Of a stretch of DNA of 61,461 nt, positions 21,580 to 33,900 are shown piece after piece. Below the pieces are notes generated by a model that saw nothing but the letters and a program-made list of their open reading frames with translations, was not told where the DNA came from and ran no database searches. The translations under genes and the position numbers were made by a program. The stretch spans positions 1-61,461 of the IMG/VR virus record IMGVR_UViG_3300009151_000077, one strand, 5' to 3'. Source of the stretch: a virus (Duplodnaviria; Caudoviricetes). Positions within the stretch are counted from its first letter, which is position 1. The number at the start of each line of letters is the position of its first letter.

Positions 21580-22404
21580 ATGAGCGTTAAAACTATATCA
21601 TATTCTGAATATGTTGAAGGATGGACTTCATTTTGGTCATATGTGCCAGATTGGATGATTCATGTAAATAATTCAATGTATTCATTTAAGAATGGAGACC
21701 TATATTTACATAATGACGAATCTGTATCTTATAATAGAACAACATTTTACGGTGTAAAATATGGATGTATGGTAAGGACCATATTTAATGAGGACCCAAT
21801 ATCCATAAAAATGTATAAGACTGTATCATTAAATGGTACTGATGCTTGGGATACAAGTTTACAAACAGACTTGCAAGCAGGTGCAATAGATAGTTCGTGG
21901 TATTCATTAAAGGAAGGTCAATTATTTTCTTTTATTAGAAACTATGACTTGATAACATCTAATCCTAATGCTATAACTAATATATCACAAATAGACGGAA
22001 GGTCTATATACATTCAAGGAGTTGGAGTTACAGCTGCATCAGCCGTGGCAAATCAAGTAAGTATACTTGGACAAGGTATTGATACTCAGCCAAATATAAA
22101 TAACGGTGACTATATATATGCTATGGCTAGTTCATTATCTAATCCATCACAATTATCTGGAGCCATGACTTATATTGGTAGGGCTATTGATTTTATTCCA
22201 GGTATTCTGTTTGGTTATGGAGTATTGAACTTCCAGACTAATATTTCAGCACCTGCTGGAGTGCATTTAGTGTGTGTTAAAAATACTATATCAGAGTCAT
22301 ATGGACTTAGAGGATACTTCATGGATATAACACTTACAAATGATAATTCAGAGTTTATTGAATTATTTGATGTACAGGCATCTGTATTCAAAAGTTTTCC
22401 TTAA
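21580..22404 (+). CDS. Tail nozzle/stabilisation protein, C-terminal part
   Basis: TISYSE..GWTSFWSYVP...YSFKNGDLYLH start, KEG and GLRGYF...ELF end. Confidence 0.55.
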   Translation: MSVKTISYSEYVEGWTSFWSYVPDWMIHVNNSMYSFKNGDLYLHNDESVSYNRTTFYGVKYGCMVRTIFNEDPISIKMYKTVSLNGTDAWDTSLQTDLQAGAIDSSWYSLKEGQLFSFIRNYDLITSNPNAITNISQIDGRSIYIQGVGVTAASAVANQVSILGQGIDTQPNINNGDYIYAMASSLSNPSQLSGAMTYIGRAIDFIPGILFGYGVLNFQTNISAPAGVHLVCVKNTISESYGLRGYFMDITLTNDNSEFIELFDVQASVFKSFP

Positions 22405-22413
22405 ATTTGTATT

Positions 22414-22815
22414 ATGGAAGTGCGATTCTTAATCGAAGAAGATTACGACAAACTATCTAAGTGGTGGAAGGATTGGAGATGGACAGCACCTCCAAAAGAT
22501 ATGCTACCTCAAGATGGTTTAGGTGGTTTAATGGTATCAAGTAATGGCAGAGAAGTATGTGCTGGATTTGTATACTTTACAAATTCAAAAACAGCTTGGA
22601 TTGAGTTTATAGTTTCTGACTTTAACTACAGAGAGAGTGACAGGAAGGAAGCTATTGAGTTTTTAATTAATTCACTTATAGATATTACAAAAGATGTTAA
22701 TAACTGTAAGTATATATACACATCTTTAAAGAGCCAAAGTCTTATTGAAAGATATAAGAGTTGTGGTTTTGTTGAGGGTAGTACGCATTGTACGGAAATG
22801 ATAAAAATAATATAA
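22414..22815 (+). CDS. GNAT-fold acetyltransferase-like protein
   Basis: EVRFL..DY, AWIEFIVSD.NYR and YKSCGF motifs; precedes the ejection proteins as in many podoviruses. Confidence 0.6.
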   Translation: MEVRFLIEEDYDKLSKWWKDWRWTAPPKDMLPQDGLGGLMVSSNGREVCAGFVYFTNSKTAWIEFIVSDFNYRESDRKEAIEFLINSLIDITKDVNNCKYIYTSLKSQSLIERYKSCGFVEGSTHCTEMIKII

Positions 22816-22816
22816 A

Positions 22817-23503
22817 ATGCCAGCAGTAACATCAGCCATTGTGGCTTTAGGGGGTTTAGGTCTTAGTGCCGCTCAAGCTATCACAGCAAACAAAAAAATG
22901 GGTATAGCTCAAAAAGCATCCCAAAAAGCATCTGAGTACCTTAATGGTATTAAAGAGCAAAATCAATTTAAAGCCGTACAGGTACCAACACTTGGATTTG
23001 ATCTAGCTCAACAAGCATCAGCACAGAGAGACACTCAAGAACTTAAGGTTATACAAGGAGTTGGTGCTGAGGCTGCAATTGGTGGTGTTGGTCAAGTTGC
23101 TCAGGCTGGAGTACAAGAAGATTTACAGTTAGCTTCTACTGCACAAAATGCTCAATATGAAAGAAATCTTCAAGAAGCAAATGCAGGTCAAGGAATTGAA
23201 GGAAGGAGAGCAGAGAGAGAGTTTAACATAGGTATGGGTGCTAAGCAGGATGCTGAGTTAAGAAGAGCTGAGGCACAAAGTAGAAAAACACAAGCTATTA
23301 ATGGAATAGTTTCTTCTGCTGGATCAGCAATAAAAGCTGGTTCTAAATTAGCTCCTTTATATAGTATAAAAGATCCAACTAAGAGAGCTCAAGCAAAAGC
23401 CGACTTTCTTTATGATCAAAATAAATCAGCAGGATTAGGAGGAATTAGTGCAGAGACTATTGCTTCAGTATTAAAATTACTACAAGGTAAAGGAGAAGAA
23501 TAA
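22817..23503 (+). CDS. Internal virion/ejection protein (small)
   Basis: Gly/Ala-rich hydrophobic N-terminus, Ala/Gln-rich helices. Confidence 0.55.
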   Translation: MPAVTSAIVALGGLGLSAAQAITANKKMGIAQKASQKASEYLNGIKEQNQFKAVQVPTLGFDLAQQASAQRDTQELKVIQGVGAEAAIGGVGQVAQAGVQEDLQLASTAQNAQYERNLQEANAGQGIEGRRAEREFNIGMGAKQDAELRRAEAQSRKTQAINGIVSSAGSAIKAGSKLAPLYSIKDPTKRAQAKADFLYDQNKSAGLGGISAETIASVLKLLQGKGEE

Positions 23504-23504
23504 C

Positions 23505-24977
23505 ATGGCAAATAAAGACTACAGTACATACATTCCTACAGAATTACCAGATTGGGCAAAGTTAACTAATGGGTTAATTGATACAATTGATAAGATAGGA
23601 TCTGATAGACAAGCACAAAGGGATTCATTAGATAAAATGATGACTGATGCTAATTATTTAATGGATAAGCAAGAGTTGTTCACTAATCAAAATCTAAATG
23701 AATTTGTATTAAGTGGTGCAGATGGAGCGAGGACACTTATATCACAGTGGAATAAAGAATTAAAGGCTGGTAAGTTAAGTCCTAAAGAATATAAAAATAG
23801 AATGAATAACATCAATGAAGGATGGTCCACTCTTGCAAATTCAGCTAAAACATTTGATGCTGCAAATAGTGAATTCTTAAAAAGACAAACTCCAGGGGAA
23901 GATGGTAAATTACCAGCTGGATCTCAATTTGAGCAAACATTGGCACAAGTACATGCAGAAATAGGAAATTTAAAAGATAAAAAAGTATTCTTTGATCCAT
24001 TAACTGGAAAACCATACACCGCAAAGATAACAGATCAAGGTATAGACCCAAGCACCATGACTCCTAGCGTTAGATTTTCATTGCCTAATAATTTATTTGA
24101 TAATAGAATAGATGTTGATGCTATAATAGCAGCTGGGACTAAAAATTTTGGAGATGTAAAAATAGAAAAAGGAAATATAACAACATCAGATCCTACTCAA
24201 AGGGATGCGGTTAATTCAGCAATTATATCTTTGCAGCAAGGGGTATTAAGTAATGATAGATATGTATCTCAAGTATTAGCTCATTACTCTACTAATCATT
24301 ATGACTATTATGAGACAGAAGATGAGAAAAAAAATATGGTTTTATCTATGGCTGATACTGATATAAGAGCAAGAAAATTATCAGGCAAACCTGACTACAC
24401 TAAAGAAGAACTTGATAATTTATATTCTAATTTAGAAAAAAAGCTAATAAGATATGCACCAGATAATACTGGAGTATACCAGCCAATAATAACAGAAGAG
24501 CAAAGATTAGAAGCGGAAAAAATAGTTTTAGATAAAATAAAAGCTAATTTAAATTATGAAGTATCAATAGACGAGCCTAACTACGGTGGCGGTGGCGGCG
24601 GCGGAGGTGGCGGCGGAGATAAAACTGAAGATGTTCCATCAATGCCTAAAAAAGCACTTAAAGCTTGGATGTCTAGAGATGTAAATGCATTGTCACAATT
24701 AACAGGAGGTGAGTATACATTTAAATGGGTTGATGGAGGTCTTGGAGTAATAGAAAAAGGTAGTAAAAAAGTTAGTAAAGTAGTTACTAAAGTTGAAAAC
24801 CTATTTAAAGAATTTAATTATGGATCTTCTGGAAAAGTAGATGAGTGGCAAAATCTAGTAAAAGAAGCCTATGGAGCAATTCCTAAAGGTACAAGGGCAG
24901 AATTTATTAAGAACGGATGGACTTCAGCTCAAATAAATGAACAAGTTAAAAAGGGTAACATTGTAATTACAAAATAA
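23505..24977 (+). CDS. Internal virion/ejection protein (medium)
   Basis: Helical 490 aa with an 11-Gly linker; synteny. Confidence 0.5.
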   Translation: MANKDYSTYIPTELPDWAKLTNGLIDTIDKIGSDRQAQRDSLDKMMTDANYLMDKQELFTNQNLNEFVLSGADGARTLISQWNKELKAGKLSPKEYKNRMNNINEGWSTLANSAKTFDAANSEFLKRQTPGEDGKLPAGSQFEQTLAQVHAEIGNLKDKKVFFDPLTGKPYTAKITDQGIDPSTMTPSVRFSLPNNLFDNRIDVDAIIAAGTKNFGDVKIEKGNITTSDPTQRDAVNSAIISLQQGVLSNDRYVSQVLAHYSTNHYDYYETEDEKKNMVLSMADTDIRARKLSGKPDYTKEELDNLYSNLEKKLIRYAPDNTGVYQPIITEEQRLEAEKIVLDKIKANLNYEVSIDEPNYGGGGGGGGGGGDKTEDVPSMPKKALKAWMSRDVNALSQLTGGEYTFKWVDGGLGVIEKGSKKVSKVVTKVENLFKEFNYGSSGKVDEWQNLVKEAYGAIPKGTRAEFIKNGWTSAQINEQVKKGNIVITK

Positions 24978-24987
24978 ATAATTAAAT

Positions 24988-27900
24988 ATGTCAGATAATA
25001 ATATACCTTCACCAGCAGAATTTTATGGTAAAAAAAAACCATCAAGTACTAATAATATACCATCTCCAGAAGAATTTTACGGTACTTCATTAAAAAAAAA
25101 AGGGGTATCACAATCACAATTAGAGGAAGCGTCTACTTCATCGGATATATCAGACAACCAGGGAGATCAGCCTTCGGAGTCTTTAGGAGATGGTGATATA
25201 TATACATATAATGGTAGCACATATAAGAAGAGAGGCAACAAGTGGTATAAACTATCTGGTGGAAAATATGTACCTCTTACAGATGGTAATGTAGCTCAGA
25301 GAGTAGAGATATTAAACTCTAAGGCCAAAAAGTCAGTAGATAGATGGGCCAATGTTACTGAAGAGAATACAAACGCTAAGCCAAAATATAGAAAGGATGA
25401 CTATATAGATGAGGTTCAGAACACAGATTTCAATAGAACTGGTGATTCAAGAGCAATTCATGAAGAGGCATTACAAATGCAAAGAGAAGATATAGCTCAG
25501 AAAGAAGAAGAAAAATCTAGAAATAATAATCTTCTTCAAAATGAAGGTGTTTATACTGGATATCCTGGTAAAGATGGTAAGATTTATAAAATAATAGATA
25601 ATCATTGGTTTGAAGTAGATGCTCCTGATCCAAAATTTGAAACATTAACTCAGCCAGGAGGAGAAAATATATATAGAAAAATTGAACCAAAATCAGATAT
25701 TGATTTATATAATAAAGACCAGAAATGGAAACCTATAGATGATCAAAATAGATTAAAGTCACTTAATAAATATTTCAAAAAAGAAGCATCCTTAGACTCT
25801 ATGGATCAGGTATTTACTAATTATGACGATAGTGAAGAAAAAAAAGACAATTTATATAAAATAGATGATGGTGAGTGGAAGAGATTAATTCCAGGAGCTT
25901 CAGAGTATAGTACTGTTCTAGATGAAAATGCAATAAATGCATTAAATAGTAGGTACAATAAAAATATTGAATATAAAGATAAATCATCTGATAAAAAACA
26001 AGACTTAAAATTAAAATTTGTAGATATTAATTCTTCACTTACTGGTAAAACAGAAGAAGAAGCAGTAAGGATTTTAGAAGATAAATATGGAGATTATGGT
26101 TTCCAATTTTCACAAGAAGGGTTATTCAATATTGATAGAGTAAGAGTTAAAGCAGCAAATGGTAAGGAAATAACTGTAGAATTTGATGAAAAGAATTCAG
26201 AAGAGGCATTAAAGCTTAGAAATTTTATTGAACAAAATGCATCTAATAAAAGCAAATACAATTTATTAAATGTAATAGATAAAAAAGTTTCCGCCATAGG
26301 TGAGTCATATAATGATAAATATAATATATCTAGAGCAATACCTACTGATAATTCAAAGACGAGAGAAGAAAAGGAAAAGTATTACAATTCAGAAGAATAC
26401 AAAAAAATATTCAAGTCTTTATCTATAGATGAAATGGATGAAGAGGTTAGAAGAAGAGAAAGAGAATATCCTGTAACTAAAGGAAATATTTATAATATAT
26501 ATAAGCAAGAAAAAGAAAAGAAGTATAACTTAAATGATAAAAAAATAAAATCATTATACGAACAACTTAATATAGCTGAAAATTCTGGAAACAAACAACT
26601 TAAAAAAGAAGTTAAAAGTAAAATAGATACATACTTATCTGATGAAGTAATTAAAAATCAGGTTATGGATTATAATATTCATTTAAATGATTTAGTTGAT
26701 TCTGGAAAAAAATTAAAAACAGATATAAAACAATATGAATTATTGGTATCTGACTTTAATAAATCATATGCATCAATGTCCACAGAAGAGGTTGAAAAGC
26801 AGAAAAAAATATTAGAAAATAAAGCAGAGCAACTTGAAATAAGAAGAGATAATATATCTACTTCATTTAAAAACATAGAAGGATCACAGAAAAAAATAAA
26901 TATATTAGCTGGTGAGTACATCAGTTCAAAGGCAAAGATGGGTTCTTTTGGAGGTGCAATTGTAAATTCATTTTTAACTGGTGCTGTCAAAATAATTGAA
27001 CCAATGGTTTCTGCGTCATCATCTGGATATGATGTTGCGTTTGGAGTTAAAGAATCTATATCTCCAGAAGAAGAAAAATACTATAAAGATAAAGGATATA
27101 GTTATGAAGATATTCAAAATATAAAAAGAAACGAAAGATATAAAAGCGAAAAAGATAAGAGAAGAGAAGCTGTCATAGGAACAATAGGAAGCGAAACAAC
27201 AAAAGAATACATTAGTTCAAAAGATAATGGTTTTTTTGAGAAAGCATTATATGGTGTTGCTGAGTCAGCACCTGCAATGTTAGCCTCCTTAACTGGATCA
27301 TCAGCCGCAAGCTTTGGTGCTTTAGCATCACAATCATATAGCTCTATAGAAGATGAAATGCTTGGTGATGAAGATTTTAAAACTACTACTGCATTAGATA
27401 GATCTTCAATAGCAATACCATATGCATTGCTTATGGGTGTACTTGAAAATTATGGATTGAAAAACGCACTTAAAGGATCATCATTAACAAGTGGAATACT
27501 TAAAGGGGTTATATCTAGATCATTAAAGAAAATGCCATCTGGTGCTGAAAAAGAAGTTCTTCAACAAATAATAGATAAAGAAGTTAAAAATGTAATAGCA
27601 AAGGGAGCTATAAAAATAGTTAATGGTGCACTTGCTGAATTTGAAACTGGTGCTACTCAATCATTAGTATTAGATATTGGTTTAAAAGAAATATACAATC
27701 AATATAAAGATAAAACTAAAAACTTAACGGGAGGTGAGTCTTTTGATACACCAGATTCATTTGCTGAAGGAGCATCAAGGGTATGGGAAGATGGTTTAAT
27801 GGAAGCTATAGGTGGTGTTACTATATCTACATTTTCTAATGTTTCAACTGGAATTGTTACAGGAAATATTTCATTATACGATGAGAAAGATTTAAAATTC

Positions 27901-30900
27901 CTTGATGAAATATCTACCGATACTGAATTTAAAAAAATAATTGTAGCTAATTTAAAATCAGATATATTAAAAGGCAAAATAACTAAATCTGAAGCTGAAG
28001 CAAAACTTCAGAAAATGAACGAATTTTCAGGTATAATTCAAAACATGCCTGATGGACTTACCTCTGAACAACAAATAGAGTCTATTAATTTAATAGCTGA
28101 GAAAAAAAGATTAGAAAAAGAAATAGAAGGAAAAGATCCTTCTCTAGTAGATGCTCAAAAAAATAGAGTATCTGAGATAAATGAACAACTTAAAACAATA
28201 AGTAACAATGCCACTAAAAAAACCACAGAACAACAGCAAGGTAGCCAAGCAGAAGGCGGTGTCAGCCAATATCAAGGAGCTGGTGAAGGACAACAAAAAG
28301 ACGGGAATGCAGAAGGGGGACAACGGGAAGCCAAGGTCAATGAAGCAGATAGTGGCAATAGCACTATCCCAAGCAAAGTACAAGAAGAAGTAGCAACATA
28401 TAGAGCTGAAGAACAAGCTGAGCTTCTTAAAGCTATACCTAAAATAGAAAGCTATAAAGTTGATGGAAAGTTAGATAAAACTCTAATGCCTAAAACTGTA
28501 TTAGCTAAATATAATAAGATATACAATAAGTATGATAAATTAATAAGCCCTCTATTAGAAGCTACAACTGAAATAAAAATTGATAAGCAAAGTATTTCTA
28601 CTAATACTACAGAAGAAGTAGATAGAGTGAAATCACTTTCTATTGAGTCAGAGGATGGAGCTACATTTAATCTTGATGGTAAGAAGTATGACGGTCCTGG
28701 ATTAGTTGTTCCTGTAATTAGTATGAATACAACAATAGAAGATATAACTCCAGAGATGATATCTAAATTTGTTGAAGAACATGCTGATAAGATTGGAGAT
28801 TTTGGTACAGTAAAAGTTGGTATATATAAGTTTCCTAATAGTAATCAAGTATCTATAGACCTTAACATACTTGCACCTGAATCATCTAGAGATCAAGCAA
28901 TTGAGTTTGGAAAAATGTCTGGTCAAGAGTCTCTATTTGACATGAGTACATTTGAGAATGTTAAGACTGGTGCAACAGGAGAGAATCCAATGCAGTTTAC
29001 ACCACAGCAGTTTAAAGAAATTGCTAAGGCGTTGAAGGAAGGCAGGATGCCAAATGTATTTGGTACTCAAGAGGATACTAAAAATAATAGTAAGGAATCT
29101 ACAGCTAAGTCTGAAACTAATAAAGCAGACTATAAGCAAAACTTAGTTACTGCTGAAAATTCAAGAGAGGTAGCATCAAGACAAAAAACACCAATAAGAC
29201 AAAGGATAGCTAAAACAGTATCATTAGTAATGAGAGCTTTGCCTGGTGTTAAGATATATCTTCATAACAATGAAGCAGAGATGCATCAAGCCTTGGCAGA
29301 TTCTAGTGGTAAATCTTTAGAAGAAGTATCTAAACAGATAGGTAATTCAGCTGGGTCTCATATTTCAGGAGAGATTCATATAAATATGAATACCGCAAGG
29401 GAAAATACATTAATGCATGAGGCATTCCATGAGGCAATACTAAGGTCTGGAAAATCGGTTAAGACTATTATTAATTTTGCTAATGGACTTAAAAATATTG
29501 TATTAGATAAAGATGTTAAGGCTAAGTTAGATGATTTTGTTTCTATGTATAATTTAGATTCTAACAAAATTGAAGATCTTGAATACATTGATGAACAAAT
29601 AATATTAGAAAATAAAAGAAGAATAGCTGACGGAAAATTAGCTATGAATGCAAAAGAATCAGCTGATTATATTGACTATATAACTGAATCAACAAAATCT
29701 GAGGAAATGCTAGCAGAACTTGGTTCTATTATGGCTGAAGCGGAGACCGAACTAACAACTACAAAGCTGCATCAGTTCTTAAACCTAATTAATAGAATAG
29801 CTAAGAGCTTACGCTTACCTGTAATATTGAAGTCTACAGCAACTACACAAGAGGCCGTTGACTTTATTAATACTATGGCTACAAGTCTTAGGACTGGTGA
29901 GGAGATTGTAGGAGATAATGAAGGTGACGGTAAAATTAGAAGGCAAGCCACAGAAATCATGAAGGGAAATGAATCCCTAGAGAAGTTTGGTTTAAAAAAA
30001 GGAAAAAATATAACTAGAAAAATTGGCGAAGCCCTTGAAGCTAGACAACGTTCTAAATACGGTACAATTGCTCAAAAAGATAACTCTGCTGAAGCTCGTA
30101 AAAAAATATCTAACTGGATGGTTGATGAAGTAAAATACTTTGTCGAAATTATGGGTGATAAAAGTGGTAAAGGTTGGTATGGTGAGTTGTATCAAAAGTC
30201 ATTAGATAGAATGTCTAAGATTTTCCCTGAAATGAAAACAGATCAAAATGCAAGAGATTTGTTTACAATGTTGGTGGCAATTACATCTGATGGGCAAAAA
30301 GTAATGAGTAATTTTAAATTAGCAGCTTCTGCTTATGATTACTATAAGAAAAATGGAGTAATGCCTACCACTCTTCCAGGTCAAAGAGTAGCTTCTTTTG
30401 AAGCAAATCTAAAAAGAATAAATGAATTACTTATTGATTATAATGGTGATGTAGCCGCTATCAAAGAAAATTTGATGGAAGTTAAATCTATTCAAGAGAT
30501 AAATAAAGAGAGAAAGAAAGAAGGTTTAGAAGCGTTATCAACCAATTGGCCAGTTACGTTTAAGGCTCCATTCGCAGCATCTGTTTTTGGACCTAAACTA
30601 GGCATGTTCTTTTCTAATTTATCTGGAAACGAATCATATCCAACTTTAGATCGTTGGTGGTCTAGAACATTTAATAGATATAGAGGTACATTGATACCTG
30701 AATTAAAAAGTGGATTTACTAAAAAAGGTGAAGCTATTGGTCTTGATAGATTTAAGATATTGCTTGAAAGTCCATCTATGAGTAATGAAGAAGCACTATT
30801 AGCGTCTAAGTCTTACCGTGATTCATATGCCGCTAAAGGATACAAGAATGGAACTGAAGTAGAGAAAGCAGCAAATACAATATACAAAAATGCTTTTGAA

Positions 30901-33900
30901 AATCTTAATGATGCTCCATTCACTAAAAATGATCGTCAATTTATGTATGACACTATATCTGACGCTGTTAATAAATTAAATAAGCAGGAATATGATCTAA
31001 GTATTGCAGATGTTCAGGCTATTCTTTGGTATTTCGAAAAAAACTTATACAAAACATTAGGAGTTCAAGCAAAAATTGAAGGAATCAGTTATGAAGATGC
31101 CGCAAATTATACATATGATAAGTGGAAAGAGGCTGGTAATAAGTTTAACTACGAGATTAATCAATCTGAAGAAGGTCAATCTGTAGAGGATGAGGATATA
31201 GATGATACTGAACAACCATCCAAAATAAAACAGCAGAAGACCTTACAAGAAGAATTACCATTATATAAATTTGGAAATGAAATAACTACAACTATAGATC
31301 AAGATAAACCTATATCTGTTTTACCATTACCAGAAAGATATATGGATGGATATGAAGAAGCTACTGGTAAAAAATTAACTCAAAAAGATAAACAAAGTTT
31401 CCTATATAAATTAGGAAGAGATCATAAATATAAAAAAGGAGGCGTATATATTGATATATCAAATCTAGAAAATAAAGACACGGTAAATGGATATGTAGCT
31501 TCATCTGGAGAAATAAATATTGATCCAAAAACAGGAAGAGCTAGCCTTAATATATCTGAAAATATTTCAAGTCCTGAAGAAAGTTCTATTGGAAAGATTA
31601 TTAAAACAAATTTATTCAAGAAGAAAGCTGGATGGAATTGGACTTCAGATTCTGATAAATCAAGATATGATAAAGTAGAAACTTTAGTGTCTGTTGAAAT
31701 TGGAAGCAAACACGTTTATACCCTTGGTTTTAAATCAACTACACCAATACAGTTAAAAAATTATTCAGAATCTAAAAGCGAGCCTAGGTTAAGACCTACT
31801 ACAAAAGGACAATTATTTTTAGGTAATTATGTTGGAAATATTACAATAAGAGGTAAAAAACATCCTGTATATGATAATGTATACTCATACGATCAGAATG
31901 ATTATCAAACTTTAGATAGATTAAATTATAAATATTTAAAGCCTGAAGGACTACAAAGTTTTTATCCAGAACAAAGAAATGCAACATATAAAGAGCTAAA
32001 ATACAATCCATCAATAACACTAAAAGATAGATTAACAGATGCTGATCAATACATATTTGACAAACTAGGAATTAAGAATGCTGAATATGTATCTGGTGGA
32101 GTAGAAGCTTCTATTTATGATATAGGTGCTGGAAAAGTTATAAGAATATCTAAAAACCCTAGTAATTTTTCAAATAATCTTGTAAATAAAAAAATAGAAG
32201 GAGTTATTCCAGTTTATGCAACAGGTAAGGTTATTCTTCCTAAGAGAATGTTTGGTCTAGAAGATTACACGGGGCAAGTTATAAAAACAGAATCCAGAGA
32301 AGGTGGCTTAAAAGAAACCGAACCATTATATTATTCAATACTTAAAAAAGGAGATTCGTTAAATGTTAAAGAAGATTTAAATGCAATTTTAAATAAGCTT
32401 ATTAACTATATAACAAAAACACTTGATAAAAATATACGTTTTACTGATTCTATAGAAGATCAATTAACTATATTAAATGAACAAGAATTAGATGAATTTA
32501 AAAATAATCTTGACGATAAACAATTAAAAGATTTAAATAGAATAATAGAAATAAAAAACAATCTTAAAAAAATAGGAGTAAAAGAAAGAGACTCGCATAC
32601 TGGAAATTATGTTAGAAATTCAAATGGAGATCTTGAGGCAGTTGACCTTCAGTATGTTCGTTTTGATGAAGGATCTGAATTTAAAAAGACAGAAGAGAAA
32701 AATGTAATAAAACTACAAAAGACTCCACAAGAAACAAGAATGGATAATGAGTCTGAGTCTGTATTCAAGAAGTCATTAGATCGTGGAACAACTTGGGCTA
32801 AAGCTACTCAGAATGCACTAGACTACATACAGAAGTCAAAGTGGTATCAAGATGCAAACGACATAGATAGAGAGCAAAAGGTAAGGGACTTTAAGCAGTC
32901 TAAAAATCAAAAACTAAAGAAGGCACCATCTGTAGCTAAGATAATGGGAACTCCTAAGCCTAACATGGTCACTGTGAACGAGGTAGTTGCATTTAAGGAC
33001 CAACTAAGAAAAGAAGCCAAGGCAGCTAGAGAGGCCAAGGCTGACCTTAACTCAAAAAGAAAGTCATTAGGTGACGCCATCAAGGGAATGGTTAAGCTTG
33101 GAAAATTGAAGGCTACTCAAGCAGTCACAATCATCAAAAGAGTTAGTCAAGTAAACCTTGACAACCCAGTTATGGTTGAAAGACTTATTGACTATGCGTC
33201 AAGAGTATTTGAAAGAGCAGACTACCAAGAGAGATTAGACAGAGCATTCTCTTACAGAAGAGCGATCAGACGATTGTTGAAGTCAGATAACCAAGCACAG
33301 GTTATTGGTATGGCTAATCAGTTTACAAAGATAGATCCATCTATGGTTGAAAATATAGATGAGTATATCGCTATGGCTGATATAGTTAAGAATGCAGTGG
33401 CTCCTTCAAGAGCAAAAAAGTTCACTCTTGATAAGGAGAATTACTTTGATACTGATTCTGCAAAAGGTTTTGATATGGTATTAAGACAAGCTGCAAACAT
33501 AGAGACTGTATCAAACTTTGTTAAAGATGTACTTGAAAAACAAGAACAAAAATTAAAGGATGAGCTATTAGCTACTAATAATGATCTATTAGAATCTGGA
33601 GTTATATCTGCTGATATGACAGCAAAAGAGATACAAGAAATTGTAAACGCAATGAAAGATCCAGAATATAAAATGGATAGCCTAGAAAAAGAAAAGTACA
33701 TGAAGGCTTATCTATCAAAAAGATTTGAATCATTGGCATCAATTATTACAAATATTGTATACAATCCTAGAAACGAAAATCCACTTACTGGTGAGAAGAT
33801 GGCAATAGATGAAAAAGATAGAGCTATAATATTGAATTTACTAAAGGTAGATCTATCAGAGATGTCAAATAAAGATTCTATATTTATTGTTGAGGCAATG

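Noticed and set aside
24585-24617. GC-rich GGN run as foreign DNA or a regulatory repeat
   Set aside because: Simply encodes an in-frame 11-Gly linker
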